Below are positions 13,501 to 28,600 of a stretch of 64,000 nt of DNA, piece by piece. Each line of letters starts with the position of its first letter. The stretch's first letter is position 1. The notes under the pieces were generated by a model that saw nothing but the letters and a program-made list of their open reading frames with translations, had not been told where the DNA came from and did no database searches. The translations under genes and the position numbers were made by a program. Source of the stretch: Gordius albopunctatus (taxonomy: Eukaryota). Where the stretch lies: assembly GCA_964276515.1 (NCBI GenBank), contig OZ193909.1:20398001-20462000 (forward strand). The letters run 5' to 3'.

Positions 13501-16182
13501 TATGATTTTAAATATAAATAGGGGCTTAAAAACAATAATTTAAAATTTTTTTACAAATTATTGAATTTTTATTAAACGGGACCTTTCGTTTCGGTAACTA
13601 TGCGTAAATTATCGCAGATGTTACATATGATGCCTATATCTCACCTTGACTTTATACATAATGTTATCCATTTTAATTCTCTATGCTTATAAAAGTGGAT
13701 CATATTTGTATGTTTTTTTTGCAAATACCTATAAATTATTAAAATAATTAAATTCTTTAATTTAATTTTTCTCAACCGTTTTTGGATTTTTCTAAAAATG
13801 ATTCGGAAAAGTGAAAAGTTTTTGCTTGAGATAGATTGTGACGAGGTAAATATACGCAAATTTTCCCCAGTAAATACTCGGCTATTTGATTTGTCCAAGG
13901 TTTTTTACACTTTTTTCCCCTCCACTCCTCCGGCATAATTTATAAAGATTTCAGCTGTTATTTTTATAAATTTGCGATTAAAATAATGTTTAGATTTGCA
14001 TAAAAATGTATAAAATTTTTTAATTCTTCGGTTTAAAAAACGGCGAATTCAATGATATTAATTATATATATATATATATTGAGATATTAAAAAATTGGAA
14101 TTAGAGGGGGGGGGGCAATAATGATTTATGGAGGATCGAAATGATCATTTTTAGAAATTTTAGCCATAAGTTTAATAAATTTCACCAAATTTTTGGATTA
14201 CGCCCATGTTGGAATTATTATTTTTATGAAATAATGATGGGTTTAATATATCTTTACAGGGTCAATCTACACCGTATAGCAGGAATGGTAAGCATTTGGC
14301 CTCCTTGAATCCCGACAAGTTGGCTGGCATCGTAAAAGGGTTTTTAACGCGGCGACTGTTGAAAACCACTAAAGTACAACATCTCAAAACAACCATCAAG
14401 GTATGCATTTTTTGTTAAGTATCTCGAGTCTCTCAACATTTTTGTAATAAGAAAATTAAAATTCTATTATGGCTTAAAAGTTTAAATGTTTGATTTGTTA
14501 TGATGAAAATCATGTGATTGAATAAAGGAAATCAAAGCAGTTTATTTTAGGGAGGGGGAATGAATTTTGTAAGATAATATAATAAAACTGGAAAATTATT
14601 ATACCTTAAAAATGTAAATTAATTTAAAGTATACAATTTTTAAAATCTTATTTACGATGATTTTTTGGCATTATAATTATTAAATTAAAAATATATCATT
14701 GCTTAAAGGCAACATTTTTAATGTGAACACTCATTAAATTATCTTGTGATTGAATACAGGAAATATACTTTTTAATTTTAAAAATATTTGTCAGGATACC
14801 TTGGAGTGTTTGTATCAAATCAAAGTTGAACGAGAAGAATCCAAATTTTCCAATATGGCTGACTTGAACACCACTCTCTCCCTCCATATGGATTTAGATT
14901 TGGAACAAAGATTGACCGCCCAAGTTTTTAATTTCGAAATATATTAAATTGTTAAACTATATTATTTTTTAAATTTTTTTTCGACGTTTACTAATTTTTT
15001 GATCGTTTGGCTTAATGCATTTGCCATATCTTCGACAGCTGGCTTGCGCGTTGGACGAAATACACGAAATATTTTTCGAGATTACGACCAGCCAAAGGCT
15101 CAAGATCATAGAACAAGACAGGTCTATGCTGATTAGTAAACGACAAAAATTAGCGGTATATAAATTATTTTTTAATTTTAAAAACAAAATTTACCATTTT
15201 AAAAATATATTTTTTCTTTGCTTTCTATTATATGCACAATTCACTATATTCAAAATAGTTATTATAAATTAGCAATGTTCACTCTCTTTATATTTTAATT
15301 TAAGAAATCTTTACCAAAATTAAAACATATTTATATTTATAAGGAAAACAATTTATTAATATAAATTCCTTTCGATGCTATCCTCTTCAAAATGGCCGCC
15401 AAAATTTGGCAAACAGCTAGATAGAGAAATTGTTGAGTTGTATACTTTACTTTTTAATAATTCGTGAATAACTAGTGTAATTTCTCACATTTACAATATG
15501 ATTTCGTAGATAATCCAATTGAGTGTATATTTAGCCTTTAAAAATTTTAAGGGTAAGCGAATAAATAAAATTATATTTATGCTATAAAATACTTTATTAA
15601 AAATGAAATTCAGTCCTCCATTTAAACCTTCGATAATAACAATTAATCAATCGTAAAAAATGTCTAAACTTAAGCTCCCCAAATGTCATGTTTCCAAGGG
15701 CATAGCCAGGATTTGAATTAGAGGGGGGGGTGCAATAACACTTTATGGAGGGGCGAAATGATAATTTTTTAAAATTTAAGCCTTATTTATACAAAATTTT
15801 GACGAATTTCTGGATTTAGAGAGGGGCAGGCGCCCATGGTACCCCCGTGCATGTTATTTTTGTAGAGTTTTCCCACGTTAAATCTCTCGTAAACTGTGTA
15901 TAGGAAGAAGAAAGGAAAAAGATGGCGATAAAGCGTCAGCTCCTAGAAGTTGCTTCTTACAACAATAGTCATTGGAGTAGTAGCAGTATGCAAGGGTCAT
16001 CCTTGCTGAGTAACGGTAAAAGTCCATCTTCTCAAACCAATTCAGCCGGTCCCCCTTTTAAGAATGCCAGTTTTAGACGTTGTAACACGTTGCCTAGAAA
16101 GTATAAAATACCCTCTTCGCCCCTAGAAAAGGTTTCGGGCCCCGCTAGGCTTCGGAAAAATATTTGTCAATACGTGATTTAG
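10526..16182 (+). CDS. CCP110: Centriolar coiled-coil protein 110 (CP110) homologue. Exons 10526-10636, 10685-10807, 10846-11247, 11292-11676, [probably at least one unresolved exon], 14260-14400, 14795-14923, 15039-15155, 15904-16182
   Basis: GT-AG joins give N-terminal SPIKIDAKSILPPVINPEIR..KAIDIEKK..LFLDKIHLII. They give C-terminal LAGIVKGFLTRRLLKTTKVQHLKTTIKDTLECL...DLEQRLTAQLACALDEIHEIFFEITTSQRLKIIEQDR. Both match the two conserved CP110 blocks (e.g. AKGFLTRRL..T.K...L..T.KDT; QL.AAL..IH.IFF). A phase mismatch between 11676 and 14260 implies a missing internal exon. Confidence 0.85.
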
Positions 16183-17443
16183 AAAGCTAGATTAAAAGCA
16201 TATTTTGTGTTTTTAAAAGTTTTAATTTTTATCGCCTTTTTTAATTTGTGACGATTATAACCATTCCAGCATTATTATTACTACCAATATCATTGCCATC
16301 AGATGTATTATATAGGTGACGCATTTAATTTACCATTTAGCCACCTCTCAAATCGATTTGCATTTATAAATCTTCTTAGCTATTGACGTTTCGAAAATGC
16401 TTTGGTTTATAATATTCCTTTTTATGTAAACTAACCCCTTTAAATGTTATCACACTATTCTGGCCTAGAATGATAATTCCACCCTTATTTAATGATATAT
16501 TTTGTATATTCGCGGTTTGTTAAAAACATCGTAAAACGAATAAAATTTAGTTTTCAAAAATATTGTGTTTGCATTATTTTACCTTTTAATGCTCCTATGA
16601 ATAGAAGGAATTAAAATCCAAATTCATAAATGTCTTAAAAATGGATGTTATGTAGTTATAAAAATATTTGATAAAGTTATTGTAAATGTATTGTTATAAA
16701 ATTTAAAAGCAGACGAAACTTTAGAAATTTAACTCCACTACTTTATAACATTATCAAAATTTTGCAAGTTTATCTGATGCAAATATAGGTTAATACATGT
16801 TTTTAATAATTTTGTTAATCAACTTTGATTTAATAGCAATATATTAATTAAAATAAGATATAAGTTTGGAAAATTATTTATAGATACTTTAAAATCTTTT
16901 AAAAATTTAACTTTGGCATGTGATTAAATTTTTCAATAAACCTAAATTAAAACTAGTCACTAATAAAATTACTCCTTTTATGAATATAAAAATTAGTGTT
17001 AAACAAAATTTCATGTATTTTAAGTATGCAAATAATTTTATACTTATAATACATTCCTAATAAACAGACAAAGCAATAAAAAATTTTGAATTTAATCATA
17101 AAATGAAGCTTAAAAATATTTCATTAGCACACATATAGCAGTTGGAAGTAAGTAAGCTAACAATGAAGTCCATATTTCAAAAAAAATCCAATTTAAAATT
17201 GTAATATTATTAAAACTTTTATGCCTAAAAGGCAGTTACTTTACCTAAAATATTATAGATACTATATTTAATGTATTCTACTTTTATTCACTAGCATACA
17301 AACGCAAATAATGATCATCTCTGGCGAGTATTGAATATATTATAAACAAACCAAACGCTATGTAATTAAAAAATTTGCAAATATAATAGAATCATAAAGA
17401 ATGTGCGTCATCATTGATTAATAAAGGGCCTTGCTTGACTTGA

Positions 17444-20400
17444 TCAAGTTACATCTTGGACACTGTGATGTAATGAAGTATCTCCGACGAGCGTGGCATT
17501 TACTAGCAGCAATCCCATGAGCAGAGGTAGGTTTATAAGGGAAAACCTGAAGAGGTTTCTACAAAAGATAAAAACATAAATACTTAGATAAATTTTAGGC
17601 GTTATTATAAATTGAATCAACAACATCTTTTTCTAATTAATTGATTATCAGTCCTTAGGTATTAAACACTTGATAAAGCAATTGCTAAAATAGTGAAAAT
17701 CCTATTTGAAGTTAATAAGGGCTATAACAAAGAATTAGGGAATTATCTTGCCAGTTTCGCAATTATCCGTTATAAAGCAACGACCTAGACAAGTTTCCCC
17801 CAAAAAATTCATAAATAAAGGTTAATCGTCGGGTACAAAAGCAAAAATTGAATTTGGGCTCGAGCGAGGTCGAAAAAATTAAAGCCAACCAGCGGTCGTT
17901 ATCTATTTGATCAAACAAAATAAATGTCTTTTGCAGAAGCATAGGTGCACAGCCATTAAAAACCCGTATCAGAAGTTTCCACGGCAATTATTGAAAAATT
18001 ACAAGTTGGACAGGACAGGACGGATAACCAAATAAATTGCATAGCAATTTAAATAAAAATAATATTAAATTAATTCACTCAATATTGCCAGAGGGTATAA
18101 CCCAAATCCAAAAATTCCCGATGGGAAAAACATTTTTGCCTTATCTAAACTGACCCCCCCCCCCCTCCAATTACACTTGGCTCCGCCCATGGGATCACGT
18201 GTACAAATCATCTTTAACATTTATAATGCGGGTTGAGCTATTGATGAATCAATGAACTAGGATGGAAACAAAATTTAACTTTCCTTCTTAATTTAATATA
18301 CATAAAATAATTACAAATTATAACATTATAAAAACACCTTCTTCTTTTATACTAAATCTAATTAATTTTTAACGGGCCTTCAGTATAAATAGGCCCGGCC
18401 TTAGCCCGTTACGTTATATATCGGCCCGTCCAGGCCCGTGTTTTATTTTTAAGCAGAAGTCCGTCCAAGCTTCTAGTATGTAGTCTAATGTACTCTCTTT
18501 TCCCAGACATATTGAGAGGATTTTTAATGGGGGAAAGAGGTTCAGCCAGACAAACGCGGATCAAACTATAAGTAGTTAGGCGAAACAGAACAATGAAATT
18601 ATAGTCTTGGTATATATAAAATAGTTCAAAAACTAAATTAAAGATGGCGTGGAAATATAGCTTCAAAATGGGTAAAAAGGCCATTTTTAATCTGGAAGAC
18701 TAAAGAAAAACTAAAAACATGTATTATTGTCCAGTGCCACAAATATTTGTACGATTGCTGGATGCTGTAATATTTTACGATAAAAATACATAATAATAAT
18801 AATAACCTAGAAGATCTGCTATCGGCCTTTTGGTAAAATTTAAGGCACAGAGCAACGTTATAAAGCCCGAGTCCTAAACCGACCGTGCCCAATATGGCAG
18901 TCGAATTAGGCAAAAGCATCAGCTGATCAGAGAACGTGTGCATTAGGTCGAAGTCGCAATTCGTGTACAGGGGCAGGGCAAAAAGTCCCGCGATGACGGG
19001 TAACGAGTAGAGGGAATGCCTGAGGGCAGTAACGAGACAAAGGGAGGGACGAACAGCTGACATCATTCGATAACCGGCGCGAGAATACTCGGCTTTTAGG
19101 TTCCAACTCAGGGCGTTGAAGTGGGGAAATTGCCACGTGTACAACAAGGCCCCCAACAACAAACCACCTGATTGATTAATATTCATTCATGAAATATACA
19201 CCAATTATTTCAAAGTTTATGTTTGAATTACAATCTTATTTTGCACAAAATTTTTATAATTCTTATATATATTAAAGATTATCTTCAAAAACTGATATTT
19301 TAATATTTATAAGTAACCTAAAGAAAAATAAATTTTTCATCTATTTCCTATATGTTTTTAATATAAATTCTAATTGTATAAGCATAAATTATTATGTTTT
19401 TTAAAGTAAAACTTAAAAAATATTAAAAACTTCAATACAATCATATATATCATAAGAAACTTTTTTCATCAAATAATATTATATTTCAAATTTTCTATAC
19501 ATACCAATCCCAATGTTTCCACAATTTGCAGTCCAGCCCATTATAGGTGGTAGGGCCCCAACCACAGCCCCTAGCCATGTATTTATAATACCAACTCTTT
19601 TGTAACGAGTGTAAACCAAAGTGTAGAGTGCTAAATTAGAGGCACCTAATACGGCTGTCAATGGATTAACTAGATACCACAATGCTAATACTCCCAAAGT
19701 TCCAGTAAAACTTGCAAATATAGCTGCGTGCAATGGCCTAATGGAATTATATTTTGTTAATAAGATAGAATTAGAGAATAGAATAATGATAATTTACTAA
19801 AATAATAACTTACGTTATTTTTCCAGTGACTAATATTCTATTTTTAGTACGATTCATTTGTGAATCATATGGAATTTCTATTAGCTGATTGATTGTGTTT
19901 GCTGCACAAGATGTTAAACATGTTCCCAAAGCAGCAGCCATAAAGATTGAGCTATCAAACACACCAGGGGCCAGGTAATATCCACACATTTGGGTCATAA
20001 CAACCATTGCTATATGTATTTATTAAATAATTTTAGCAAATGTTTATAAGCATTATATAAATCAAAGCAATAAGAATTAAAATAAATTCATAATAAATTG
20101 AAATAATTTTGTAAACAAAGTACCTGTCAGGCGAGCTTTTGATAATTTAAGGTATATTGATGGCAAATCATCTATTTTGTAAGTATTTTGCAGTTTATAT
20201 AACTCTGGTTTGAATGTATGAACATTTTTAACGAGAATTTGATTTAAATGTAATGAATTTTTTAAATCACCAGGGTGCTTTAAGTTCTGTAAATCTTTGG
20301 TTTGTATATAGTATGTAGACCCAACAAGGATATCATTTATGGATAAAGATTTTAAATGCTTTTCTGGTAAAGCCAAACATGGTATATTTTCTCTAAGTCT

Positions 20401-20574
20401 TGAGTCAAATTTTGGTAATTCATACATACTGGGATGATTATCGTTTTTTAAATAAGTTGATTGTATTAAAGGCTCCGATTTTACTAAGGTCTGCAAAGAC
20501 CTTGAGTATATATATTTGACACATGAAGAATTGAGTTGCTTCAGTTCATAGATAGTAATATATCTAATAAACAT
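17444..20574 (-). CDS. COX10: Protoheme IX farnesyltransferase (heme O synthase), mitochondrial. Exons 20574-20124, 20009-19814, 19737-19505, 19167-18807, 17558-17444
   Basis: UbiA-family/COX10 motifs: YLKLSKARLT, AANTINQLIEIPYDSQMNRTKNR, LYTLVYTRYKR..NTWLGAVVGALPPIMGW, WQFPHFNALSWNLKAEYSRAGYRMMS, SSRNLFRFSLINLPLL. All four introns are GT-AG with consistent phases. Confidence 0.95.
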
Positions 20575-22329
20575 TAAAATTAATATTTTAATATTCAGGT
20601 CTTAAAAGCAGGCATGGCATTTAAAGTATGTCCATAGCGAAGTTACCCCTGAGTTGTGCTGTAAAAAGGTTGACTATTGATTACAATTTTGATAATTGTG
20701 TCATAGCTCAATTTGCTAAGGGTTATATTTCAAAATTGTGGGTATATTTATAGTTAAACATTAAGTTTTGTTTGCTTTAAAGTCAACATAAATCAATACA
20801 GATTGGCAAGGTTTAATATATGGGTAGGGCTTTATATACTTTATATATGAAGGCATTATTTCATGTTTGTGACGAGTTAAGTGTCAGCTGTAAAAAATGG
20901 TAAAATTTTATAATTCTTTGCCCATAGACTATGTCCCACCTAAGCCATGTTTTAAAGCCTACTTTTTAGCTGCTCAACAATATTCTAACTTCCAAATTAA
21001 ATGAGAAGAAAAACTATAGGCATAATATAATCAATTTAAATTTAAAAGATCATTGACTAAGGGTAATATATTTGTTCATATATTTTCCAAACCCTGCCCA
21101 ATTTTATAACTAAATTTCCCGCTTGGGCCCGCACAAATCCTTCTAATAATTCGCTAGCCCATGCCCAAATCATTAGATCCTAGCGGGTCCCAAATGATTT
21201 TTCTAATTTTTAGCAGTAATATTGTTATATTTTCTAAAAATTCAAAATTTATTTCTCTATTTAATTGGAACAACGCTACAATAAATAAATTTTATAAAAT
21301 CCAAAAAATTCGAAGAAAAAAATGTATGAAAACAAATAATACCTAGAAACAAAATTATGTAATAAAGTATTATATAAAAATCTCATTCAACCCAAATTTC
21401 CAGAACCATGTTATGCTGTCCGCCTGGTCCAGCTCAAAAATTTATATGACAATTGTTCAACCCGAGGGTCGGGCAAAAGGGCATGGCAACGCGTCGACCT
21501 GGGGCTTTGGTCTCTGATTTGAATAGTAAAACCTTAAAATCGTAATATGTTTACCTAGAGGCATAAATTAACAGTGCACTTTTTTTATTGAAAATAAGTT
21601 ATTACAAAAAATTATTTTAAATCATATACACATATTCAATGACGATATTAATATATATATTAAATTTAAGTTTGCTCTTTAATATGTTAGCTACCTTTCA
21701 AGTTATCATGGATCGTGCCCATAAAATTTTTAAAATGTATTTTTCTTTTAACCTTATCTCAGTAGATGAAAGCAGGTCAGGGAAGTTGTTAGATATGGCA
21801 AATTGTGCAATGAACGCATCAGATCTATTGGCGTCTATGGAGCTTAAGCCGACTTAGAATGCCGGCTCTTGCTGTATTGGCAGGGATATAAAATTATAAG
21901 CTTACACTATATGATCACCACGATTTTTCCATCAGCAAACTTAAAATCTTGTAAGTCACATACTTTCTATTTTGTGTGTAATATTGCTAAGAAAAAAATA
22001 AATGAAACGAACTATATTTACCCTAATATAAAAATCAGATATTTCTATGGTACTGTGATAAATTTACATTATAAAATTTAGAAAATTTATAAAAATGGAC
22101 CGACACTAATTTAAGGAGAAATATAGAAAAATCATTAACAATTTTATAACGACCACCGTTAGTCAGTATATCACATTTTAAAATTTGTGTTTTGTCTGCA
22201 CATTGTTATTACAATTTCGATAGAGGATTAATTATAGCTAATCAGAGAGATAATGGATTAAATACCTTTCTAAGTTGATCTTCCCGTTTTTATTGATTCA
22301 TCTATTAAGTGCTAATATACTCGTATGAT

Positions 22330-22696
22330 TTCTTTTCCTATAGCTGTTTGTCACACTTGGGGATCAGCTACTTCAAGTATGTTCTCCATGTATTCCTGCA
22401 CTTACACCAGCTTCGCTTTAGCTCGTACCTTCTTAAGTCCATATCTATTTTATGCTTCCATATCAGTTTAGGTCTCCCTCTCTTTCGCTTACCTTCGACT
22501 TGCACTTTCTTGATACGATTTGCCAAGTGACTTTCCTCCCGTTTCTCCAAATGGCCATACCATCTCAATCTTCTTACCACCAACTTTCTCTGAATCGGAA
22601 CTACATTTAGTTTATCCCTTATGTCTTGATTTCTTATATGGTCCTTCTTGCATATTCCCAAGATCAATCTAGACATTAGCATCTCCATTGTAGCCC
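22330..22696 (-). mobile_element. 5'-truncated RTE LINE 3' fragment (family B)
   Basis: ORF 22368-22688 contains RRLRWYGHL..VEGKRKRGRPK..W and is nearly identical to 32936-33260. Confidence 0.88.
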
Positions 22697-25600
22697 AGAT
22701 GGCCCATTTAAATTTTAATTTTGTCTAAGCTATAGGCTCATTAACAGGCAATTTAGTTCGAAGTTTGATGAATTTAGGTATATCCAACACATTTCTCTAA
22801 TTTTATTAATCAAATTAATGACGATGAACTAAGCAAGCATCAAGTATTTCTAAATTTAACCTTAGTTCTCATTCATAAAAACAAGTATAATATTTGTTTT
22901 AGATTCTAAATATAACTTATCTAATATTTTTTTTATAAATATATCACCTATAATAGCGCGAATCTTTAAAAAGAGTAATAAAGCTAAACGATAAAAATAA
23001 CTCGTGATCTGGCAATTAATTATGATAGAGAAAGTGTGATCAGAAAAGCTCGGCCCGCTAAATTAAAATTACAAAATTGTAGAAAATATAACAATATTAC
23101 TGCTAAAAATTTCAAAAAACATTATTTCGGCCGGTCAGTTTGGGCAGGTCTAATAATTCGGACATGGCAGGGCGAGCACTTTGAAGGGTTTGGACGGACT
23201 CGGGTCGGCAGTCTAGAACAGAAAATTTTTAACAAATCTTACCTCTGTAGAGAACTTGAGGCTGAGAATATTATGTTTTGATTCCCAAAAACCTCCAGCT
23301 AGATATCCAGATAAATGAGGTAGCGGTATAAAAAATAGCATTTTTAATTTGAAGCTGAATTCCTATTTATATTTTAATTTGTTTTTTTTTTCAAATAGAT
23401 TTACATCCCTATCGATATTTGGTCGGTTTACCGGACTATATAATTATATTTCCCATTTCACCTTTATATTCAAATGTAGTGTTGTAAAAACGGCTGGGTT
23501 TTTGTTTGGTCGATCTTTGGTTTTAGTCGACTAAACATAACCAGATGAAAGGATTTTTGCTAGAAATTTTGTTCTGGTAATGCCACTAAGAACTTTAGTG
23601 CATAAGTGTTAATCTGAACCCCTTCCCCTCATAATAAATCCTCCCACTATGTCTGGGTAAAGGAAAAACATAGTACTTATGAGATGTATACTAATATTTA
23701 ACTCGCTATCTTTCTCTTCCTCTCTCCTCCTGTTACACTAGTCCCATTTCTAACCAAGCACACATATAAATTTAAATATAAAAGTGAAACAAAAAAACAT
23801 TTTTTACCCCACGGGTAGATTAATCAATGATCTATTGGTTTATATGACTATTTATGGAAATAAATCACGAATGGAGTGAGAATCTAACCTTAAAAAGGCT
23901 AAAATAACATTTTTAACATTTTAAACCTCATTTATCTAAAAGTCAAAAGGTTTTGGAAAAAAAGTAAAAATAATATATTATCGCTGCGAGTAAATTTCCC
24001 TATTATAATTGATTGTCAAATTACGTCGACTTGTATAATTGCTGTTTTTGAATTATATAATGTGTTCCTATAACCAGCAAAGGTATATAAATACTGAATT
24101 TAAAATATAGATTTAACCTAATAAAGATTTTTAATTAAAAAAAATTTAAAATTTAATCCTATTATGGCAAACAATAATATATATATATATATATTTTTTC
24201 TTATAGCTGTTTGTCACATTTAGTCAGGCGCGTAGCAAGGATTTTCTCAAGGGGGAAGAAAATTTCAAAAAAATTTCGACACTTTTATTTTTAATGTAAC
24301 AAAAAAAAACTTCGCGTACAATATATGCGAAAATTGAAGGCGCTATATAACCAGCTTTGGAAAAATCTGTGGTGGTTGATAAATTTTATCAAATTCTGCT
24401 AACTTATCTTTATAATGTTGTATGGTGATAACATAAACACTACCTACGACGGTCCCAAGTCCGTGTGCAAAAAGTGGAGGGTTGGCGTCAGGTCGGAAAC
24501 CGGCTATAAAAATCAACTCCAAAATTTATGATAGTTTTAAACGAGATTTTACAAGAAAAGGCTAGGGCGTCCTCCACAAACGACGCGCACTGCATACCCC
24601 GCCCGTGCAATGTGAAAAATACACTAGGGTTACTGCCTAACTCACAACGAAGGCGGTTAAGGAAACTAGTTGTGGAAATAATGCGAATTACGTGCTGGAA
24701 TGTGGGAACGTTGACGGGGAAGAGCATCGAGGTCGCACAGATGCTAAAAAGAAGAAAGGTACACATCGCCTGCCTACAAGAGACGAGGTGGAACGGAACG
24801 AAAGCTCGGGAATTAGGAGAAGGATACAAGCTTTTCTACAGTGGGTCACCAAATCGTAGAAACGGGGTCGGTATCGTTCTAAGCGAATCGTTCAAGGACA
24901 AGGTGGTGGAAGTCAAACGTTGTTCCGACAGGCTGATGTGGGTGAAGATTGCGGATCAAGGGGGCCTCCTAACCGTTATGTGCGCGTATGCTCCCCAAAT
25001 TGGGTGTTCGGAATCAGAGAAAGACATATTCTTCGAATCATTGGAAAAGGAAATACAAGGAATCCGACAGGAAGAAAGGCTAATTATTGGGGCCGATTTC
25101 AACGCTCACGTAGGGAAAGATCGCCTCGGGTATGAACGCAATCATATAGGCTATGGGCATGGTCTGAAGAACAAAGAAGGGGAAAATCTTCTCCAAGTAT
25201 CCCAAGCATATGACATGGCAATCGTTAACACCTATTTTCAAAAGCGCGAAGATCATATTGTGACCTATAGAAGTGGGAAGCATTTTAGTCAAATCGACTA
25301 TTTGCTAATACGGCGAAAGGACTTATGGAGTATCAAGGATTGCAAAGTAATACCGGGAGAAGAAATCGCCAGGCAACATCGTCCCCTTGTTATGGATCTT
25401 GACAGAAGAGTATTTCCTGAAAGAAGAAAGGTATATGAACCTCGAATTCGATACGAAAGGCTAAAGGATACGTCGACGAACGAAGAATACCATCAAAAAG
25501 CCTCCTCACTCTTGGGTGCAAGGAAGTTGCAAAGGGACGTAGACGAAGATTGGGAGACGCTATCTAAGGACATTAAGGAAACAGCGATTCGTGTTCTAGG

Positions 25601-28600
25601 ACAGACCAAAGGAGGCAAAGCTATGAATAGGGAACTATGGTGGTGTGATCAATCGGTTAAAGATTTCATCGAAATAAAGAAAAATCTATATAGACGGTGG
25701 CATAAATCAAAAAAGTCGGAGGATTATCAAGAGTACAGGGACGCAAAGAGGGCCGCAAAAAAGGCCGTTGCAAAAGCAAAGAATGCTGGGTACACCGAGA
25801 TGGCAAACAAACTGGATCATAAAGGGGGCGATAGGCTTATGTACAAATTGGCCAAGATAAGGGAGAAGAAAATTCGAGATGTCGGAGTTCTTAAAATAGT
25901 CAAAAGCGAGAAGGGTCAAACCTTATTCAAGCCGAAGGAAGTGATGGAAAGGTGGAAAGGATATTTTAAGAAACTTATGAATATTGCAAATGACAAGGAT
26001 TCCCTTCCCGAAATTGAGCCAAATATAAGTATGGTCGAACTCTTTCAGAAGGATGAAGTTAGGACACGAATGAACAAGATGCAAAAAGGACAAGCAAATG
26101 GCCCAGATGGAATACCTATGGAAGCATTGCTCGGATGTCGTGAGGAAGGAGTCACCACCATGACGAACCTCCTTAATAAGATATTGGTAGAAGAGCGAAT
26201 CCCTAATCAATGGAGAGCAAGCACGATTATACCTTATTCAAAGGCAAAGGAGACCCTCAGGACTGCGGAAATTACAGAGGTATCAAGTTAACTTGCCACT
26301 CCTTGAAGCTTATGGAAAAGATCTTAGTAACAAGGCTGAAAAACTAAGTGTAAATATCGGCTAATCAATTCGGATTCGTGAACGGCAAATCAACAATCGA
26401 TCCAATCTTCCCCCTAAGACAAATGATGTATAAGTATGGTGAAAAGAGGAAATACCTACATATGGTTTTTATCGACTCGGAGAAAGCTTATGACACGGTC
26501 CCCCGCGATTTAATATGGTGGTGCCTGAGGAAACAAAATATCCCTGACGCATATATACGGCTTATGAAAAATATCTATGAAGCCTCAAACTCTTGCGTTA
26601 GGACGACAGTTGGAGACTCTAAACCTTTTCGGGTTAATATTGGATTACATCAAGGCTCTGCTTTAAGTCCCTCTTTATTTAATATAATTATAGACACGAT
26701 AACGAGGGACTTTCAAAAGCCATCACCATGGTGTATGCTATATGCCGATGATATAGTACTATGCGAGGAAACAAGGGAGAAGGTATTCGAAGAAGCAGAA
26801 AAGTGATCAAAGCGCTTAGCTGGATATGGTTTAAAGGTCAACGATCGAAAAACGTTATACATGGAAATGAACGGTACAAGCACCCCATCGCTGGATGACC
26901 ACCTAAAGTACCCAAAAGTAGACAGGTTTACTTACCTCGGCTCTATGCTACATCAAGAGGGAGGTTGTGCAACTGAAATCAATGCCCGGATTCAAAAAGG
27001 ATGGCTTAAATGGCGAAGTATATCCGGTGTAATGTGCGACAGGAAAATGCCAATATGGTTGAAGAGCAAAGCTTACAAATCCATCGTAAGACCGGTGTTA
27101 CTCTATGGAAGTGAAACATGGGCATTAAACACCACGGAAGGAAAGCTATTACAAGCCACGGAGATGAGAATGATACGGTGGAGCTTGGGGTATACTAAGC
27201 TCGACCATATGACGAATGACTTTCTCATGACAAAAATGGGTATTCAACCTATGGCGGACATGATTAACGAAAATCGGCTAAGGTGGTATGGACATATACT
27301 AAGTTCCACAGAAAAAATCCTTAAGGAATGCTGGCGGTTTCCGGCTACGTTGTGGGTATCTCGGTTCTTCCCTAGGCGTTCCTGTCTGGTTTTGGCTTTG
27401 TTCCCTTGTCGCACTTGTTACCCTGTTTTGCATTTGTTCCATTGGCGCATTTGTTCCCACTTCCCTTTCTGGTGATATTCTTTGTGGCCACCCGTTCTCT
27501 TGCCCCAGCGTGGTCCAATCTAGGATTTTCCGTTTCCTTACTTGATCCAGGTGTCGGTGGTGCTTTCTTCCCTGTGCCCATACATCGTAGGAACGACTCC
27601 CGTGTTTGGCTTTATCGTGCTTCCACACATTTTCTTGGACCCAGGAACATGCGTACCCACACCAAGTCTCCTACGTTGAACATTCGTGGGTTCCCGGTCT
27701 CTACCCATTGTTGCGGTACGGTTTCCCTTAATACCTCCCATTCGGTTCGCATACGCCTTTTTAACATCATCTCTGCCGGGCTTTTATTGGTTGTGTGGTG
27801 TTTTGTCGATCTATAGTTTTCCAGAAATCTATTTATCCCTACTTCCGACTCGTTCCTCATGATGGCTTCTTTCATTAATCGTACGTATCTTTCTGCCAAA
27901 CCGTTCGACGCAGGATGGTACGGAGCTGTCCATCGCTGATTAATCCCTCTCATCTTGCAAATGTTTTTTAAATCCTGTCCTTTGAATTGTGGGCCATTAT
28001 CCGATATTAGCCATGGTGGATTTCCAAATCTCGCAAACGTCTCGGCAAGTTTTTTTATAATGGTTGTCGACGTGGTGTCTTCTAACTTAAACACCTCTAC
28101 CCATTTCGAACTATTGTCAACCATCACGAGGTATAATTTACCCTTGAGAGGCCCCATGATATCGATATCTACTTGGACCCATGGTTTTTGGCTAGGTTGA
28201 CACTCTATCAACGGTGCCTTCTTCGCCGCCGTGGCCGTGTAATTGCAATTCCGGCATCCTTTCGCTACGCTCAATAAGTCCTCGTCGAGAGTAGGCCACC
28301 ATATATACTGCCGCGCCACTTCTTGCATTCGCTTGATACCCACGTGGCCCCTATGTAGTCTTTGTAGTACCGCTCCTCGTAACTTAGCCGGAATTAATAT
28401 TCGTCGCCCTTTGTAATATATTATGCTCTTGGCCTCATGCAACTTTGGCAGGTGTTTTTCGTAGGTGCGTTTTAGCCCACCCGTGACCATTGTGTTTTGT
28501 TTACCTTTCATCCACTCTTTTACTTGACGTAGCCCCGGATCCTCCCAGGTGCGTTGTCTTACTACGTCCAATGAAATAAACGGATTCGTCGAGTCTTCTG

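Noticed and set aside
11913..23215. Scattered GGCCCG/CCCGA-rich patches (~11913-11950, 18372-18465, 21120-21190, 23050-23215; also 37330-37430)
   Set aside because: They look like decayed DNA-transposon subterminal repeats, but no matched TIR/TSD pair could be defined, so they are not called as elements.
26861..27816. 204-aa RT ORF with a hydrophobic/Cys tail and overlapping small ORFs as a novel fusion or env gene
   Set aside because: It is read-through from RTE-A into the antisense strand of Gypsy A at the insertion/deletion junction.
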